This document shows, one piece after another, positions 17,721 to 30,800 of a stretch of DNA of 64,000 nucleotides. The DNA lies in contig CAWCVB010000001.1 of NCBI GenBank assembly GCA_963798915.1, positions 160,001 through 224,000 on the forward strand. Direction: 5' to 3'. The notes beneath the pieces are model-generated. The model worked only from the letters and a program-made list of their open reading frames with translations, ran no database searches and had not been told where the DNA came from. The DNA is from an uncultured Gemmatimonadales bacterium. Lineage in GTDB: Bacteria; Gemmatimonadota; Gemmatimonadetes; Gemmatimonadales; GWC2-71-9. Position 1 is the first letter of the stretch, and each line of letters starts with the position of its first letter. The position numbers were made by a program, and so were the translations under genes.

Positions 17721-19991
17721 ATGACGAGCGTGCGGCCCCATCCCTCCACAGTGTCGGACGTCACATATGACGCCCAGCGCGTGTGCGATGAGTATCGCAC
17801 CAATGCCCGGCGCATTCCACCGGAAACCATCGGATCCTGGCACCAGGATGGCCTGGATCATCTCGGGACCCTGGTGGCCCGGCCCGAGCTTCGGCCGCTC
17901 GCCGAGGGCGTCAGATTTGGACTGCACCATGAGGGACCGGTCTACATGCTGCGGGACGGCCTCGTCTCCCTCCACACCATCCTCCTTGAACGGTCAGATG
18001 CCGCCGCTGCCACGGTTCTCCGGCATGCGCTGGAGGTCGCGCTTCTCGATCGGCTGCTGCCCGGCGATGACGACGCTCAGATCGCGGCACTGGGCCTGGC
18101 GTGCCAGGTGGCGCGCGGCTACCTGGATGGCCTGACTGCCGCTGAGTCGGAGCTGGCCCTCAACCCATGGCCCGCATGGACGGACAGCCTTGTGGCTCCC
18201 TGCACCGACGACGCAGCGGGCCTGCTCGAGCACACTTTCCGCCATGCCGCTGCCCTGTTCGCGCTCAGGGCCTGGGATGCTGACGCTGCGCTCGAGCGCT
18301 TCCAGAGCCCGGAACTGCAGCGACGAGTGCTGGGCCGCCTGACGGCGCTTCTCCCGCTCGCACTGCCGACCGAACGCCTGCTCACACTTGGTGGAGACAG
18401 CCGCCTCCCGATCGACCCGGCCACCGGATTGAACCGCTATGGCTGCAGTCCAAGGCCGCGGCCCTGGGCCAATACATTCTCCTCGTGCACCGCCACGTCG
18501 GTGTCGGAAGTCGGTTTCAAGGCCGCCGAGCGCTGCCGGCAGCGTCTGATAACCGCGGTAAGCCACGATGGCTTCAAGGAAGCGATCCTCGATCACTCGG
18601 AAAGCATTCGCCGGGCGATCCTTCACCAGCTGCAACTGGACGAGGTGCCGGGCACCGAGCTGGTGCTCACATCGTCAGGCACTGACGCGGAACTGCTGGC
18701 GCTGTACTTCGCGTGCGGGGACAGCGAATCCGCGATTACCACGGTGGTGCTCGCGCCAACTGAAGTCGGGAGCGGGACCCTGCCCGCTGCCGCCGGCAAG
18801 CACTTCGACAGCCTGACGCCCCTTGGCGGCCCGGCTCATGCCGGATCGCCTGTGGCCGGTCTGCCCGCCGAGCGACTGGAATTGCTGCAGATCCCGGTGC
18901 GAAACGAGGATGGAACACTGATCGCCGCGTCCGACCTCGACGCTGTTATCGAGGCGACGGTGCGGGACCGTTGCGAAGCCGGAGGAATCGTCCTGTTGCA
19001 TCTGGTGGACAGCTCGAAGACCGGCGTCGGAGCGCCCAGCGTCGGCCTGGCACGGAGGCTGGCGGATCGGTATCCGACGCAGCTCACCGTTGTGGTCGAT
19101 GCCGCCCAGATGCGCGTCAGCCGGCCGGCGCTGCGTCGCTATCTGGACCACGGATTCCTGCTGCTCATCACCGGCTCGAAATTCTTTACCGGGCCGCCAT
19201 TCTCCGGCGGCCTGGTGGTGCCGCCGGCCATGGCCGGGCGGGTGGACCGGTTGCCGCCGCTGCCGGCGGGCCTCGCCGCCTATACCAGCCGAAGCGATTT
19301 CCCGCTCCGGTGGCGAGGCCTGACCCGCGGCATTTCCCTCGGCACCAATGTGGGCAGCCTGCTCCGCTGGAGAGCGGCGCTGTGGCAAATGGAGGCGTTC
19401 TTCGCCGTCCCGCCCGAGCGGCAGTTCTCCGCCGTGCGCCATTTCGTGAAGGGACTTACCGACGCCGTGGCCAGGAGTCCGTGGGTGGACATGGTGGACG
19501 CCCCGGCGCTGACACGGCATCCGGACGGGGGCGAGCAGGCGTGGGATTCGACGCAGACGATCTTTTCATTGCTGGTGCGACACGCCGATGTCCCCGCCGG
19601 CGAGCCGCCCTATCTCACACTGGAAGAAGCGCAGCGGCTCTATCGGTGGCTGAACGCCGATATTTCGTCGCTGCTCCCCGAGGGGACCAGCGACGACGAG
19701 CACCGCATCGCCTCTTCGCGCTGCCATCTCGGCCAACCAGTGGTGATCTTCACCGACCGCGGCCGGAAGTATGCCGCCATCCGCATTGCCTTCGGCGCAC
19801 GCCTCTGCTCGCGAGTCGAGATGGACCCGCTGCTCGGCGAGACCGATGAGGCCCGCAAGCAGTGGGAGTTGGGCAGCGCACTGGCCGTGCTCGCCAAGAT
19901 CGAGCTCATCGCGCGTCACTGGGCGGTGCTCTGCGAGATGGAGGAGACGAGGCCCGGCTGGCAGCTGCCTCTCGCCGGCGCGCCCTACTGA
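17721..19991 (+). CDS. Large PLP-dependent (fold type I, class V-like) protein of unknown function
   Basis: LTSSGTDAE (phosphate), SKTG, VVDAAQ (PLP Asp), ITGSKFFTGPPFSG (Schiff-base Lys); about 200-aa extra N-terminal region. Confidence 0.75.
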   Translation: MTSVRPHPSTVSDVTYDAQRVCDEYRTNARRIPPETIGSWHQDGLDHLGTLVARPELRPLAEGVRFGLHHEGPVYMLRDGLVSLHTILLERSDAAAATVLRHALEVALLDRLLPGDDDAQIAALGLACQVARGYLDGLTAAESELALNPWPAWTDSLVAPCTDDAAGLLEHTFRHAAALFALRAWDADAALERFQSPELQRRVLGRLTALLPLALPTERLLTLGGDSRLPIDPATGLNRYGCSPRPRPWANTFSSCTATSVSEVGFKAAERCRQRLITAVSHDGFKEAILDHSESIRRAILHQLQLDEVPGTELVLTSSGTDAELLALYFACGDSESAITTVVLAPTEVGSGTLPAAAGKHFDSLTPLGGPAHAGSPVAGLPAERLELLQIPVRNEDGTLIAASDLDAVIEATVRDRCEAGGIVLLHLVDSSKTGVGAPSVGLARRLADRYPTQLTVVVDAAQMRVSRPALRRYLDHGFLLLITGSKFFTGPPFSGGLVVPPAMAGRVDRLPPLPAGLAAYTSRSDFPLRWRGLTRGISLGTNVGSLLRWRAALWQMEAFFAVPPERQFSAVRHFVKGLTDAVARSPWVDMVDAPALTRHPDGGEQAWDSTQTIFSLLVRHADVPAGEPPYLTLEEAQRLYRWLNADISSLLPEGTSDDEHRIASSRCHLGQPVVIFTDRGRKYAAIRIAFGARLCSRVEMDPLLGETDEARKQWELGSALAVLAKIELIARHWAVLCEMEETRPGWQLPLAGAPY

Positions 19992-19999
19992 CGGGCGCG

Positions 20000-20311
20000 C
20001 TACTCTTCGAGTCGGAAAATCTCCCGCCGCCCATGATCAACGAGATCGTGGTACCCCTCCATGATCCGCTCGAACTCCTTCTGCAGCTCGTCAGTCATGC
20101 CCTTGCCCTGCATCATCTCCTCGAAGGCCTGCAGGCTCGGCACTTCAAACTCGGCTATCACGGTCCAATACTGCTCGCCACAGAAGTCGGTCATGATCCG
20201 GAACTTTGGCTGGCCCGCCGCGGCGTTGAGCTTCGACATGGCCTGGAACTTCTCGACCAACGGGCGCACCTTGCCCGGCTTGCACCGAAAGATTTCTCGA
20301 ATGACCAGCAT
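20000..20311 (-). CDS. NIPSNAP-like dimeric alpha/beta barrel protein
   Basis: MLVIREIFRCKPGK..RIMTD..YWTVIAEFEVPSL..GRREIF. Confidence 0.75.
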   Translation of the reverse strand: MLVIREIFRCKPGKVRPLVEKFQAMSKLNAAAGQPKFRIMTDFCGEQYWTVIAEFEVPSLQAFEEMMQGKGMTDELQKEFERIMEGYHDLVDHGRREIFRLEE

Positions 20312-20494
20312 GATCCCGCTCGATGGTTTGTGTCAGTATTCCGCAGGGCCGTCGACCAATCGTCGCAGAACGGTACGGCGTTCTGATGGAGCCCTGAATC
20401 AGCCAACATAGCTGAACGCCCGGGTGACCGCGGCCCTCGACGTCGGTCCTGACGCCTCGACGTCCGGCACTGACCCGCCGTACATTCCGCTACC

Positions 20495-23362
20495 ATGACG
20501 ACATCCCGACTGCCTCGTGCCATCGCCTGCGCCACCTGCCTCGCGCTGCTCGCCGGCTCGCTCCAGGCCCAGACTGCTCCCGAATCTCCCATCCCGCTGC
20601 CCGAGCAACCCCGCCCCGACTTTGCCCGTGCCGAGTGGCTCAATTTGAACGGCAGATGGCGCTTCACCTTCGATTCGGCGAATGAGGGACTCAGGGCCGG
20701 ATGGAGCAACGGCCAGTTGCCAGGCAGCCGGCAGATCCTGGTGCCCTTCTCCTGGGCGGCGCCGCTCTCAGGCATTGCCGACACCGGGCAGATCGGGTGG
20801 TACAGCCGGAGCATGACGATACCCGACGCTTGGCAAGGCAAGCGCGTCTTCCTCGTCATCGGCGCCGCCGACTGGCGCACCACCGCCTGGCTCGATGGCG
20901 ACTCCCTCGGCACGCACCAGGGCGGCTATACCCCGTTCGCCTTCGAGCTGACTGGTGGTGCTCGTTGGGGCATGCCGCAGACGCTCGCCATCCGGGTGGA
21001 TGATACGCCCCATCCCTTCAAGCTCGAAGGGAAACAAGGCTACGGCCACGCGAGCGGGATCTGGCAGACGGTATACCTCGAGGCTCGCGGCAGCGACCCG
21101 TTGGATGCGGTGCACTTCACACCCCACGCCGACCTGAACGGCGTGGACGTGGATGTGCGGCTGCTGGAACCGGCGCCGGAGAATCTCAAGCTGCAAGTGA
21201 AGTTTGCAGGTGACAGTAGGGGCGGCCTGCGGCCGCCCATGGACGTGAGACGCGGGACGCGGAAGATGCATTTCAGCATTCCGCTGCCCAACGCTCACCG
21301 TTGGACGCTGGACGATCCGTTCCTGCACCAGGTGACCGCCACGCTGACCGGTGGCCGCGACTTCGTCGCCGATTCGGTGCAGACCTATTTCGGGATGCGG
21401 ACGATTTCGGTGGTGGATGGTCCGCGGTCTACGGTCAACGGTCAACGGTCGACTGTAGACCGTCGACTGTTGACATTCCCCTACGTCGCCCTCAACGGCA
21501 CGCCCATCTACCTTCAGCTCGCGCTCGACCAGGCGTACCATCCCGACGGGTTCTACACTTTCCCCTCTGACAGCGTCCTCAAGGAGGAGATTCTCCGCGC
21601 CCGCCGGATCGGCCTCAACGGTCTCCGCGAGCACATCAAGATCGAATCTCCGCGAAAGTTCTACTGGGCCGATCGATTGGGCGTGCTGATCATGGCGGAT
21701 GTGCCCAACTGGTGGGGCCCGCCCGACTCGGTCGCCTTCCACGAGCACGACTTGGCACTCCGCGGGATGATCGACCGCGACTACAACCATCCGGCCATCT
21801 TCTCCTGGGTCCTCTTCAATGAATCGTGGGGACTGATCAGCAAGGTGGACAGTAGCGAAGACTACCTGCCCGATACCCAGCGCCGAGTGGCCGCCGATTA
21901 CCGGCTGGCCAAGTCCCTCGATTCCACCCGCCTGGTCGAGGATAATTCGGTGTGCTGCGGCTGGCAGCATACCGAAACGGACCTCAACTCCTGGCACGCC
22001 TATCTCCCTGGCTGGCGCTGGGCGACATATGACCAGCGCATCAGTGACAGCACCTTCTCCGGCTCGACCTGGAATTTTGCCCCAGGCTGGAAGCAGGCGC
22101 ATCAACCGATGCTCAATTCCGAGTTCGGCAATGTCTGGGGTTATGAGGGCAGCACCGGTGACGTGGACTGGAGCTGGGACTACCATCGTGCAGTAGACGC
22201 GTTTCGTCGGAATCCGGAGATTGCCGGCTGGCTGTACACCGAGCATCACGACGTGATCAACGAGTGGAACGGCTACTGGCGATTTGACCGGACGCCCAAG
22301 GAAACCGGGTTCGGCGGCCTGGTCGATGGGATGACACTCACCGACCTCCACTCACAGCTCTATATCGCCATCGGCGACTCGGCGCTGGCCCGGAGCGTCC
22401 GTCCAGGCCAGGAAGTCCAGGTGCCGCTCTACGCATCCTTCCTCAGCGGGAGCACGGCGCTGCCCGACTCGCTCACGCTTCACTTCGAGCTGCGCGGCTG
22501 GAATGCACTGGGCGAAGAAGCGGTGTACGACACCTCCGCACGCAGGATTCCCTATCAGCCCTGGATGACGGAGTCCCTGGCACCCGTCAGTGTCACCATG
22601 CCGAACGAGCCAGCCGTCGCCGTGCTTTCGGTCCGGCTCGAGGACGCCACAGGGACGGTGCTGCAGCGCAACTTTACCACCTTCGTGGTCGAGGGAGCGA
22701 CGCCGGACAGCGCGGTGCTCGCCGACGGCCGCCGAGCGGTCGTGGCCCATGTCTCAGCCACAGCGGTCCGGGATGCGCACTGGTCGCTCAAGCAGTGGAC
22801 CGTGATGGACAGTCTCAAGCTGGATGGCGCCGGCAGCGGATATTTCGAATACGCCATTCCCTGGCCGGCCAGTCTCGAGCTGAAAGACGTGGCCGAGGCA
22901 AGTTTTCTCGTCGAGGCGTCGGCCAAGCGACTCAACGGCAAGGACCGCGATACCACGTCCTCCGACAATGGCGACTACATGCGGGGCGGCGGCTTGCACG
23001 ACCGGAGCCGGAACCCCAACAGCTATCCGATGACCAGTGTGTACCAATATCCCAGCGCGGTCACCATCACGGTCAACGGCCACCTGGCCGGCCGATGGGA
23101 GTTGGCCGACGATCCGGCCGACTCGCGCGGCATCCTGAGCTGGCATGCGCAGCCGCATGATGGGTACCTCCACGAAGCTGGTTCCTACGGTGAATTGCTG
23201 CGCGTCCCCATTCCCGCCGAGGCGCTGGCTGAAGCGGCGCGGAGAGGCGAAGTGATCATTCGGCTCAGCGTGGATGAGGCGCTGCCGGGCGGGCTCGCCA
23301 TCTATGGCGCGCACTTCGGGCGGTATCCGGTGGACCCGACCGTCGTGTGGGTGGTGAAGTAG
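20495..23362 (+). CDS. Exported glycoside hydrolase family 2
   Basis: PRPDFARAEWLNLNGRWRF, HQGGYTPF, SGIWQTVYLE, RDYNHPAIFSWVLFNESWG (acid/base) and SEFG (nucleophile). Confidence 0.92.
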   Translation: MTTSRLPRAIACATCLALLAGSLQAQTAPESPIPLPEQPRPDFARAEWLNLNGRWRFTFDSANEGLRAGWSNGQLPGSRQILVPFSWAAPLSGIADTGQIGWYSRSMTIPDAWQGKRVFLVIGAADWRTTAWLDGDSLGTHQGGYTPFAFELTGGARWGMPQTLAIRVDDTPHPFKLEGKQGYGHASGIWQTVYLEARGSDPLDAVHFTPHADLNGVDVDVRLLEPAPENLKLQVKFAGDSRGGLRPPMDVRRGTRKMHFSIPLPNAHRWTLDDPFLHQVTATLTGGRDFVADSVQTYFGMRTISVVDGPRSTVNGQRSTVDRRLLTFPYVALNGTPIYLQLALDQAYHPDGFYTFPSDSVLKEEILRARRIGLNGLREHIKIESPRKFYWADRLGVLIMADVPNWWGPPDSVAFHEHDLALRGMIDRDYNHPAIFSWVLFNESWGLISKVDSSEDYLPDTQRRVAADYRLAKSLDSTRLVEDNSVCCGWQHTETDLNSWHAYLPGWRWATYDQRISDSTFSGSTWNFAPGWKQAHQPMLNSEFGNVWGYEGSTGDVDWSWDYHRAVDAFRRNPEIAGWLYTEHHDVINEWNGYWRFDRTPKETGFGGLVDGMTLTDLHSQLYIAIGDSALARSVRPGQEVQVPLYASFLSGSTALPDSLTLHFELRGWNALGEEAVYDTSARRIPYQPWMTESLAPVSVTMPNEPAVAVLSVRLEDATGTVLQRNFTTFVVEGATPDSAVLADGRRAVVAHVSATAVRDAHWSLKQWTVMDSLKLDGAGSGYFEYAIPWPASLELKDVAEASFLVEASAKRLNGKDRDTTSSDNGDYMRGGGLHDRSRNPNSYPMTSVYQYPSAVTITVNGHLAGRWELADDPADSRGILSWHAQPHDGYLHEAGSYGELLRVPIPAEALAEAARRGEVIIRLSVDEALPGGLAIYGAHFGRYPVDPTVVWVVK
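21412..21474. repeat. Inverted heptamer hairpin array inside the GH2 coding sequence
   Basis: GGTCTACGGTCAACGGTCAACGGTCGACTGTAGACCGTCGACTGTTGAC, translated as DGPRSTVNGQRSTVDRRLLT. Confidence 0.85.
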
Positions 23363-23446
23363 GCGGGAAGGCGGGAAGGCGGGAAGACGGGATGGCGGGA
23401 AGACGGGATGGCGGGCGGTAGGGGGCGGCCCGCATACCGCCCCTGC
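23362..23446. repeat. 8-mer array (GGCGGGAA/GACGGGAT) and GTAG-type palindrome
   Basis: Begins at the GH2 TAG; GTAGGGGGCGG..CCGCCCCTGC at 23418. Confidence 0.8.
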
Positions 23447-23510
23447 AGCATTCAAACGCTCTGCCTCACCCCGGCATCCAACCCCGTAGATTCTCTCGGG
23501 GGGACAGTAC

Positions 23511-24518
23511 ATGACCGTGATCTCGACGCATCGCTCCGGTGTTCTTGCCGCGTTTGGGCTTGGGTTGTGCCTGGCCCTCGCCGCCGCCAGCGGCAAGCCC
23601 GCGACCATCGCCTTCGCGTCGAAGGTTGGCGACAATTATCAGATCCATACTGCCGAGGCGGACGGACGCGGCAATCGGCAGCTCACCACCGGATCGGCCA
23701 ACCGGTTTCCCGTCTGGTCACCCGATGGAAGACGGATTGCCTTCGCCTCACTGCGCTCTGGCCATTGGCAACTCTGGGTCATGAATGCCGATGGCAGCGA
23801 CGCCAGGTTCCTCGCCCGTGATGTGGTCGCCAAGAGCCCACGGTACTGGTCGCCTGATGGCAGCCGCCTGCTCTTCGAGTCGGACCGGAATGGAAATACC
23901 GACATCCAGACGGTTGCCATCGCCGGCGGGCCGCCTCGGCGTCTCACCGACGGACCTGCGGCCGATCGCAGCCCGGCCTGGTCGCCCGATGGGACTCGCA
24001 TCGCGTTTGTCTCCGCACGCTCCGGCACAGGCGAGCTGTATCTGATGAATGCCGATGGCACGCAGCAGCAGGCCATCACCCGTGGCGGCGATGCCGTCGA
24101 AGTCTCCAGCCCTGCCTGGTCGCCGGATGGCGGCGTGATCGCGTTTGCTTCATCGCGGGATGGCAACCGCGAGATCTATCTGATTTGTCCCGACGGCACC
24201 GCACTCAGGCGCCTCACTGGCGATGCGGCCGATGAGCAGCAGCCTGCCTGGTCACCCGATGGGCGGCGGATCGCCTTCCAATCCATTCGTGGGAAGAACT
24301 ACGACATCGAAGTGATGGACGCCGACGGCCGGAGTCGCCGGCGACTTACAACCTCCCACGCATACGATGGCCAATTTTCCTGGTCGCCCGACGGAACCAT
24401 GCTCGCCTTTATCTCAGGGCGAGATGGCGATGATGCGCTCTATGTCATGCGGCCGGATGGGAGCGCGGCGCATCGGCTTACCGCCCGGCCTGCCCTCGAT
24501 CCGCGCTGGAGGCCATGA
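23511..24518 (+). CDS. TolB-like PD40 beta-propeller protein
   Basis: Signal peptide; six WSPDG..IAF.S.R repeats. Confidence 0.9.
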   Translation: MTVISTHRSGVLAAFGLGLCLALAAASGKPATIAFASKVGDNYQIHTAEADGRGNRQLTTGSANRFPVWSPDGRRIAFASLRSGHWQLWVMNADGSDARFLARDVVAKSPRYWSPDGSRLLFESDRNGNTDIQTVAIAGGPPRRLTDGPAADRSPAWSPDGTRIAFVSARSGTGELYLMNADGTQQQAITRGGDAVEVSSPAWSPDGGVIAFASSRDGNREIYLICPDGTALRRLTGDAADEQQPAWSPDGRRIAFQSIRGKNYDIEVMDADGRSRRRLTTSHAYDGQFSWSPDGTMLAFISGRDGDDALYVMRPDGSAAHRLTARPALDPRWRP

Positions 24519-24618
24519 GACAAGGCGGGCGGGACGGGCGGGATGCGCAGGTAGTCGCCGGTCAGCAGATCGTCCGGCCGCTGTGCGGCCTCTGAATGAC
24601 AGCTGCTACGAGACCCAC

Positions 24619-24759
24619 CTGAGGCTTTGTCGCCGTAGGCGACATGAGCCGAGCAGGGGCTTTCAGCCCCGTAAGAAGGCCGCGAACCTCTGAGGCATTG
24701 TCGCCGTAGGCGACACGAGCCGAGCAGGGGCTTTCAGCCCCGTAAGAATGCCGCGAACC
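24619..24759. repeat. Two direct 71-bp repeats with internal hairpins (REP-like family C)
   Basis: TGTCGCCGTAGGCGACA..GCCGAGCAGGGGCTTTCAGCCCCGT twice; same family at 35638. Confidence 0.9.
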
Positions 24760-24846
24760 CCCTTGATCCGCGACTCGCACCCGCCTCTGTGACCCGCATC
24801 GCTGCGCCAGAAGCCATCAGGCCGGAGCTTGGGCTTGGGAGGCATC

Positions 24847-25647
24847 ATGCTCAACCGCACCGCACAACTGGCGGCCATCCTGGCGCTTGGCGCGCTGGTC
24901 CCCGCCCTGCCCCATGCATTGCGCCAAGCCGACGACGACAACCCCGTTGCAGTCCGCTACTCGGAAGGCACCGCGCACGGCTTCCTGCATCTGACGACCG
25001 CAGGCGGGCAGCATCTTGCCTCGGGCGACCTGTTGCAGGTTCCCCGCGATCGCCACATCCGGACCCGCATGGTTTTCCACTTTGCCGACTCCTCCTATTT
25101 CGAGGAGACGGTCACCTTCACGCAGCACGACGTGTTTCGACTGCTCTCCTATCATCTGGTTCATCGCGGGCCCTCATTCCCCGCTGACCTGGATGCCTCC
25201 TTCGAAGCCAACGGGCATTACGTGGTGAAGGCCACGTCGCACGATGACGGGAAGGTGGAGCAATACGAGGACACGCTCGACCTTCCGGCAGACGTATCGA
25301 ACGGACTACCCATCGTCCTGCTCAAGAACCTGGTGCCGGATGAAGCTCGGACCGTGCACATCGTTGCCTTCACACCCAAACCCAGGCTGATCGGCCTCGA
25401 GCTGACTCCGGTCGCGAAACATCACGTACTCGATGTGAAGCGGAGGGAATCGGTGGTGGAGTATGCGCTCAAGCCCAAGCTCGGGTTGATTACCGGCCTG
25501 TTCGCCAAGCTGCTGGCAAAGACACCGCCCGATTCGCACGTCTGGATCGTGACGGAGGGTGTGCCGGCCTTTGTGCGTTTCGAAGGGCCGCTCTACATGG
25601 GGCCGGTCTGGCGGATTGACCTGACGGCCCCACACTGGCCGGAGTGA
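24847..25647 (+). CDS. Exported hypothetical protein
   Basis: Signal-like N-terminus, beta-rich body, GGGAGG RBS. Confidence 0.75.
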   Translation: MLNRTAQLAAILALGALVPALPHALRQADDDNPVAVRYSEGTAHGFLHLTTAGGQHLASGDLLQVPRDRHIRTRMVFHFADSSYFEETVTFTQHDVFRLLSYHLVHRGPSFPADLDASFEANGHYVVKATSHDDGKVEQYEDTLDLPADVSNGLPIVLLKNLVPDEARTVHIVAFTPKPRLIGLELTPVAKHHVLDVKRRESVVEYALKPKLGLITGLFAKLLAKTPPDSHVWIVTEGVPAFVRFEGPLYMGPVWRIDLTAPHWPE

Positions 25648-25652
25648 GGCAC

Positions 25653-25809
25653 GGGGGCGGGATGGGCGGGATGGGCGGGATGGGCGAGCCCGAAACTCGC
25701 CCAATCGTACGGGCGGCCCGCGGGCCGCCCTCTACACGGACCTCGACCTGCGACCCGCGACCTGTGGCCCTCGGCCCGCGACCCTCGGCCCGCGACCCGC
25801 GACCCGCCC

Positions 25810-25812
<3 letters not shown>
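25653..25812. repeat. Composite element: 9-mer array, linker, GTAG-type palindrome and (CGACCCG) heptamer array
   Basis: Fills the gap between two convergent stops; linker CCGAAACTCGCCCAAT. Confidence 0.88.
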
Positions 25813-27779
<1,967 letters not shown>

Positions 27780-27815
27780 GTCCTTCACCTTTCCCGTCCG
27801 CGACCGGCGGGGGAC

Positions 27816-30800
27816 CTAGAACCGGCCCTGCAGAAGCCGCGCGATACCGCGAAGCGGAATACCGACCCAGTCAGGCCGGTGGTTGAGTTCGTATCCGAGT
27901 TCATAGACTGCCTTCTCGAGCATGGTCACCCGGAGCAGCATTTCCAGGCCCGCACGCGCGGCCGGCAGCATCGGGTTGTCACCGGCAGCCCGCAGGTATT
28001 CGCCAAGGAAGCTGGCGCTCACCCAGCTGTACCAGTAGCCGGCCCATGGCTCGAGCGTCTTGAGATCCTCGACGCGAAGCATGCCTCGTCCACCTGGCCC
28101 CATGACCAGCGAGTGCACCGCGTAGTCGAACGACCGCAGCATGCCCGCCACGTCATGCAAGGGTGATCGCTTGAGCCGCCGCTCGCCCACCGGCCGATCC
28201 GGCTCGCCTTCGAAGTCGATCACCACAAAGTCGCGGCCGGTGTAGAGTACCTGGCCAAGATGGTAATCGCCGTGAATCCGGATGCGCCGGGCCTCGAGCT
28301 TCCGCGTCGTGAGCTCGCGGAAGGTCTGCAGCAATCGCTCCTTCTGGCCCAGCAGCCGCCGGGCTGCCTTCGCATGCTCGTCCGGGATGGTGCCGATCCG
28401 CTCGTCCAGGGTCGCCATGACGCGGCTGGTCAGGTTGCGCATCGACTGGTAGAGCGAACGCTGGTAGAGCGAGGTGAACGGCTCCGGCTCAAAGGCCTCG
28501 TCCTCGGTCTCGGTGGCGAGCGCGAGGTGCATTTCCGCGGTCAGGCGGCCCAGGCGGGTGGCGTCGTTCAGGTAGCCGCCGATGGTTTCCCGCGCCAGCT
28601 CGGTCGGTTCGGTGCTGGCCAGGCTGAAGAGCCCGAGGCTCGGCCGTGGCACCTTGGCCTCATGAACCGTCCGAACCAGGACGCGCTCGAAGTAGCGCTG
28701 CAGTTCGTCCACGGTGAACTGCCAGGCGTCGCCCGTGTTGGGCACGAAGCCGAGCAGGACCCCAAGCGTCAGTGCGGCATCGCGCGGCCGCCGGTACTCA
28801 AGGTGCCCGGCCACCGGTGCAATCTGCCCGAAGCCCCGCTCCTCGGTGAGGTAGCCGCTCATTTCCAGCTCCGGGTTGATCCCGTCCACCGGCCGCCGGA
28901 ACAGCTTGAGCATGAGGCGTTCGCCGTACGCCACGGAGCTGTTGGATTGCTCCTGCCGCAGCAGCCTGGGTTCGAGACTGGACTCGGGCCCCCGCAATTC
29001 CCGGAAACGCGACCCCGGGAACGCGCTGAGTTCGCCGGCACGGCCCTTCCAGACCCGGCGGCGACTCACACCATCGAGAAGCGCGCGACCGAAGCTGCCT
29101 TCTTCCAGCGCATCGTAGATGACGCCCTGTTCCCTGCCGGCACGGCCCGTCACGTCCACTTCGGCCACGATAGCTGCCTCGTGATACTTCCGGATCTCGT
29201 CGGCGCGGGCGCCCGTCGCAAACACCGTCGGAACCACGTACGTCTCCGCCGCACCAGCCGCGTAGGTCGCTTCCAGCAGGAGCAGTTGTGCCGACGTGGC
29301 GTCCATCGGCATGGCGACGGCATCGGTGATGCGCACCGAACGCAATTCACGGGCATGTCCCGCAAACCAGCGGTGCCGCCGCAGCCATCCCGGCAAATTG
29401 GCCTCCACCACTTCGGCAGCATCGCCCCGGAACGCCGCATCCCAGCTGCCGCGAAGCTGCAGCTCGGGCCGGGTGAATCCGGCACCGGCAGCGACATGGG
29501 CGCCTTCTTTCGCTCCGGCCAGCTCGAACCAGTAGAATGCATGCGGCGTGAGCGTGAGGAGATACGGAAGGTCGCCGACCTGGGGGAAGCGGTTCCCGCC
29601 GAACACCTCGACTGGCACCGAGCCACGGAACGCCGACAGGTCGAGTTCGGCGTATTCGACCGAGCGCGAGAGATTGGCCACGACCAGGATGCGCTCGCCC
29701 TCATGTTCCCGAATGAACGCGAGCACCTTCCGGTTGGATGGCGTCAGGAAGGTGATGCTGCCCCGCCCGAACGCGCCATAGCGGCGTCGCAGCCCGATCA
29801 GCCGCTTCATCCAGAGCAGCAGCGAGTTCAGGCTGTTCTGCTGGTTCTCGACATTGAGGCTTTCGTAGTGATACTCGGGGTCGATGATGACCGGCAGGTA
29901 GAGCTGCTGCGGGTTGGCTCGGGAAAAGCCGGCGTTGCGGTCGGCGCTCCATTGCATCGGCGTCCGGACCCCGTTCCGGTCGCCCAGGTAGAAGTTGTCG
30001 CCCATGCCGATTTCATCCCCATAGTACAGCACCGGCGTCCCGGGAAGACTGAAGAGCAACCCGTTCATCAGCTCGATCTGTCGCCGGTCGTTGCGCAGCA
30101 GCGGGGCCAGGCGGCGCCGGATGCCCAGGTTGACCCGGGCGCGGTTGTCGTGCGCGTAGACGCGGTACATGTAGTCGCGTTCCTCGTCGGTGACCATCTC
30201 GAGCGTGAGCTCGTCATGATTGCGGAGGAAGAGCGCCCACTGGCACGATTCGGGAATGGGCGGCGTCTGGGCCAGGATGTCCATGATGGGATAGCGATCC
30301 TCCATCTGGACACCCATGAAGAGACGGGGCATGACGGGAAAGTGAAATGCGGCGTGGCATTCGTCGCCATCGCCGAAATAGGCGACGGCGTCTTCGGGCC
30401 ACTGGTTGGCCTCTGCCAGGAGCATGCGGTTGTCCCAGCGCTCATCGACGTGGCGGCGCAGCGCCTTCAGGAACTCGTGGGTCTCCGGCAGGTTCTCGCA
30501 GTTGGTGCCGTCGCGTTCGTGCAGGTAGGGAATGGCATCGAGCCGCAGCCCGTCCACCCCCATGCGGAACCAGTAGTCGAGGGTGCGGAACACGGCGCGG
30601 CGGACATCCGGATGCTCGAAGTTGAGGTCCGGCTGGTGGGCGTAGAAGCGGTGCCAGAAGTACGCCTTGGCCACCGGGTCCCAGGTCCAGTTGGACGGCT
30701 CGAAGTCCTGGAAGATGATGCGCGCCTCGCGATAGCGTTCCGGCGTGTCGCTCCACACGTAATAATCCCGGAGCCGGCTGCCAGGCGGGGCACGGCGCGC

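Noticed and set aside
23511..24518. Genuine tolB of the Tol-Pal system
   Set aside because: Lacks the TolB N-terminal domain and tolQRA/pal context.
24619..24759. Possible CRISPR mini-array (also 35638..35795)
   Set aside because: At 24.6 kb the whole unit including the 'spacer' repeats; only 2-3 copies per locus and no cas genes.
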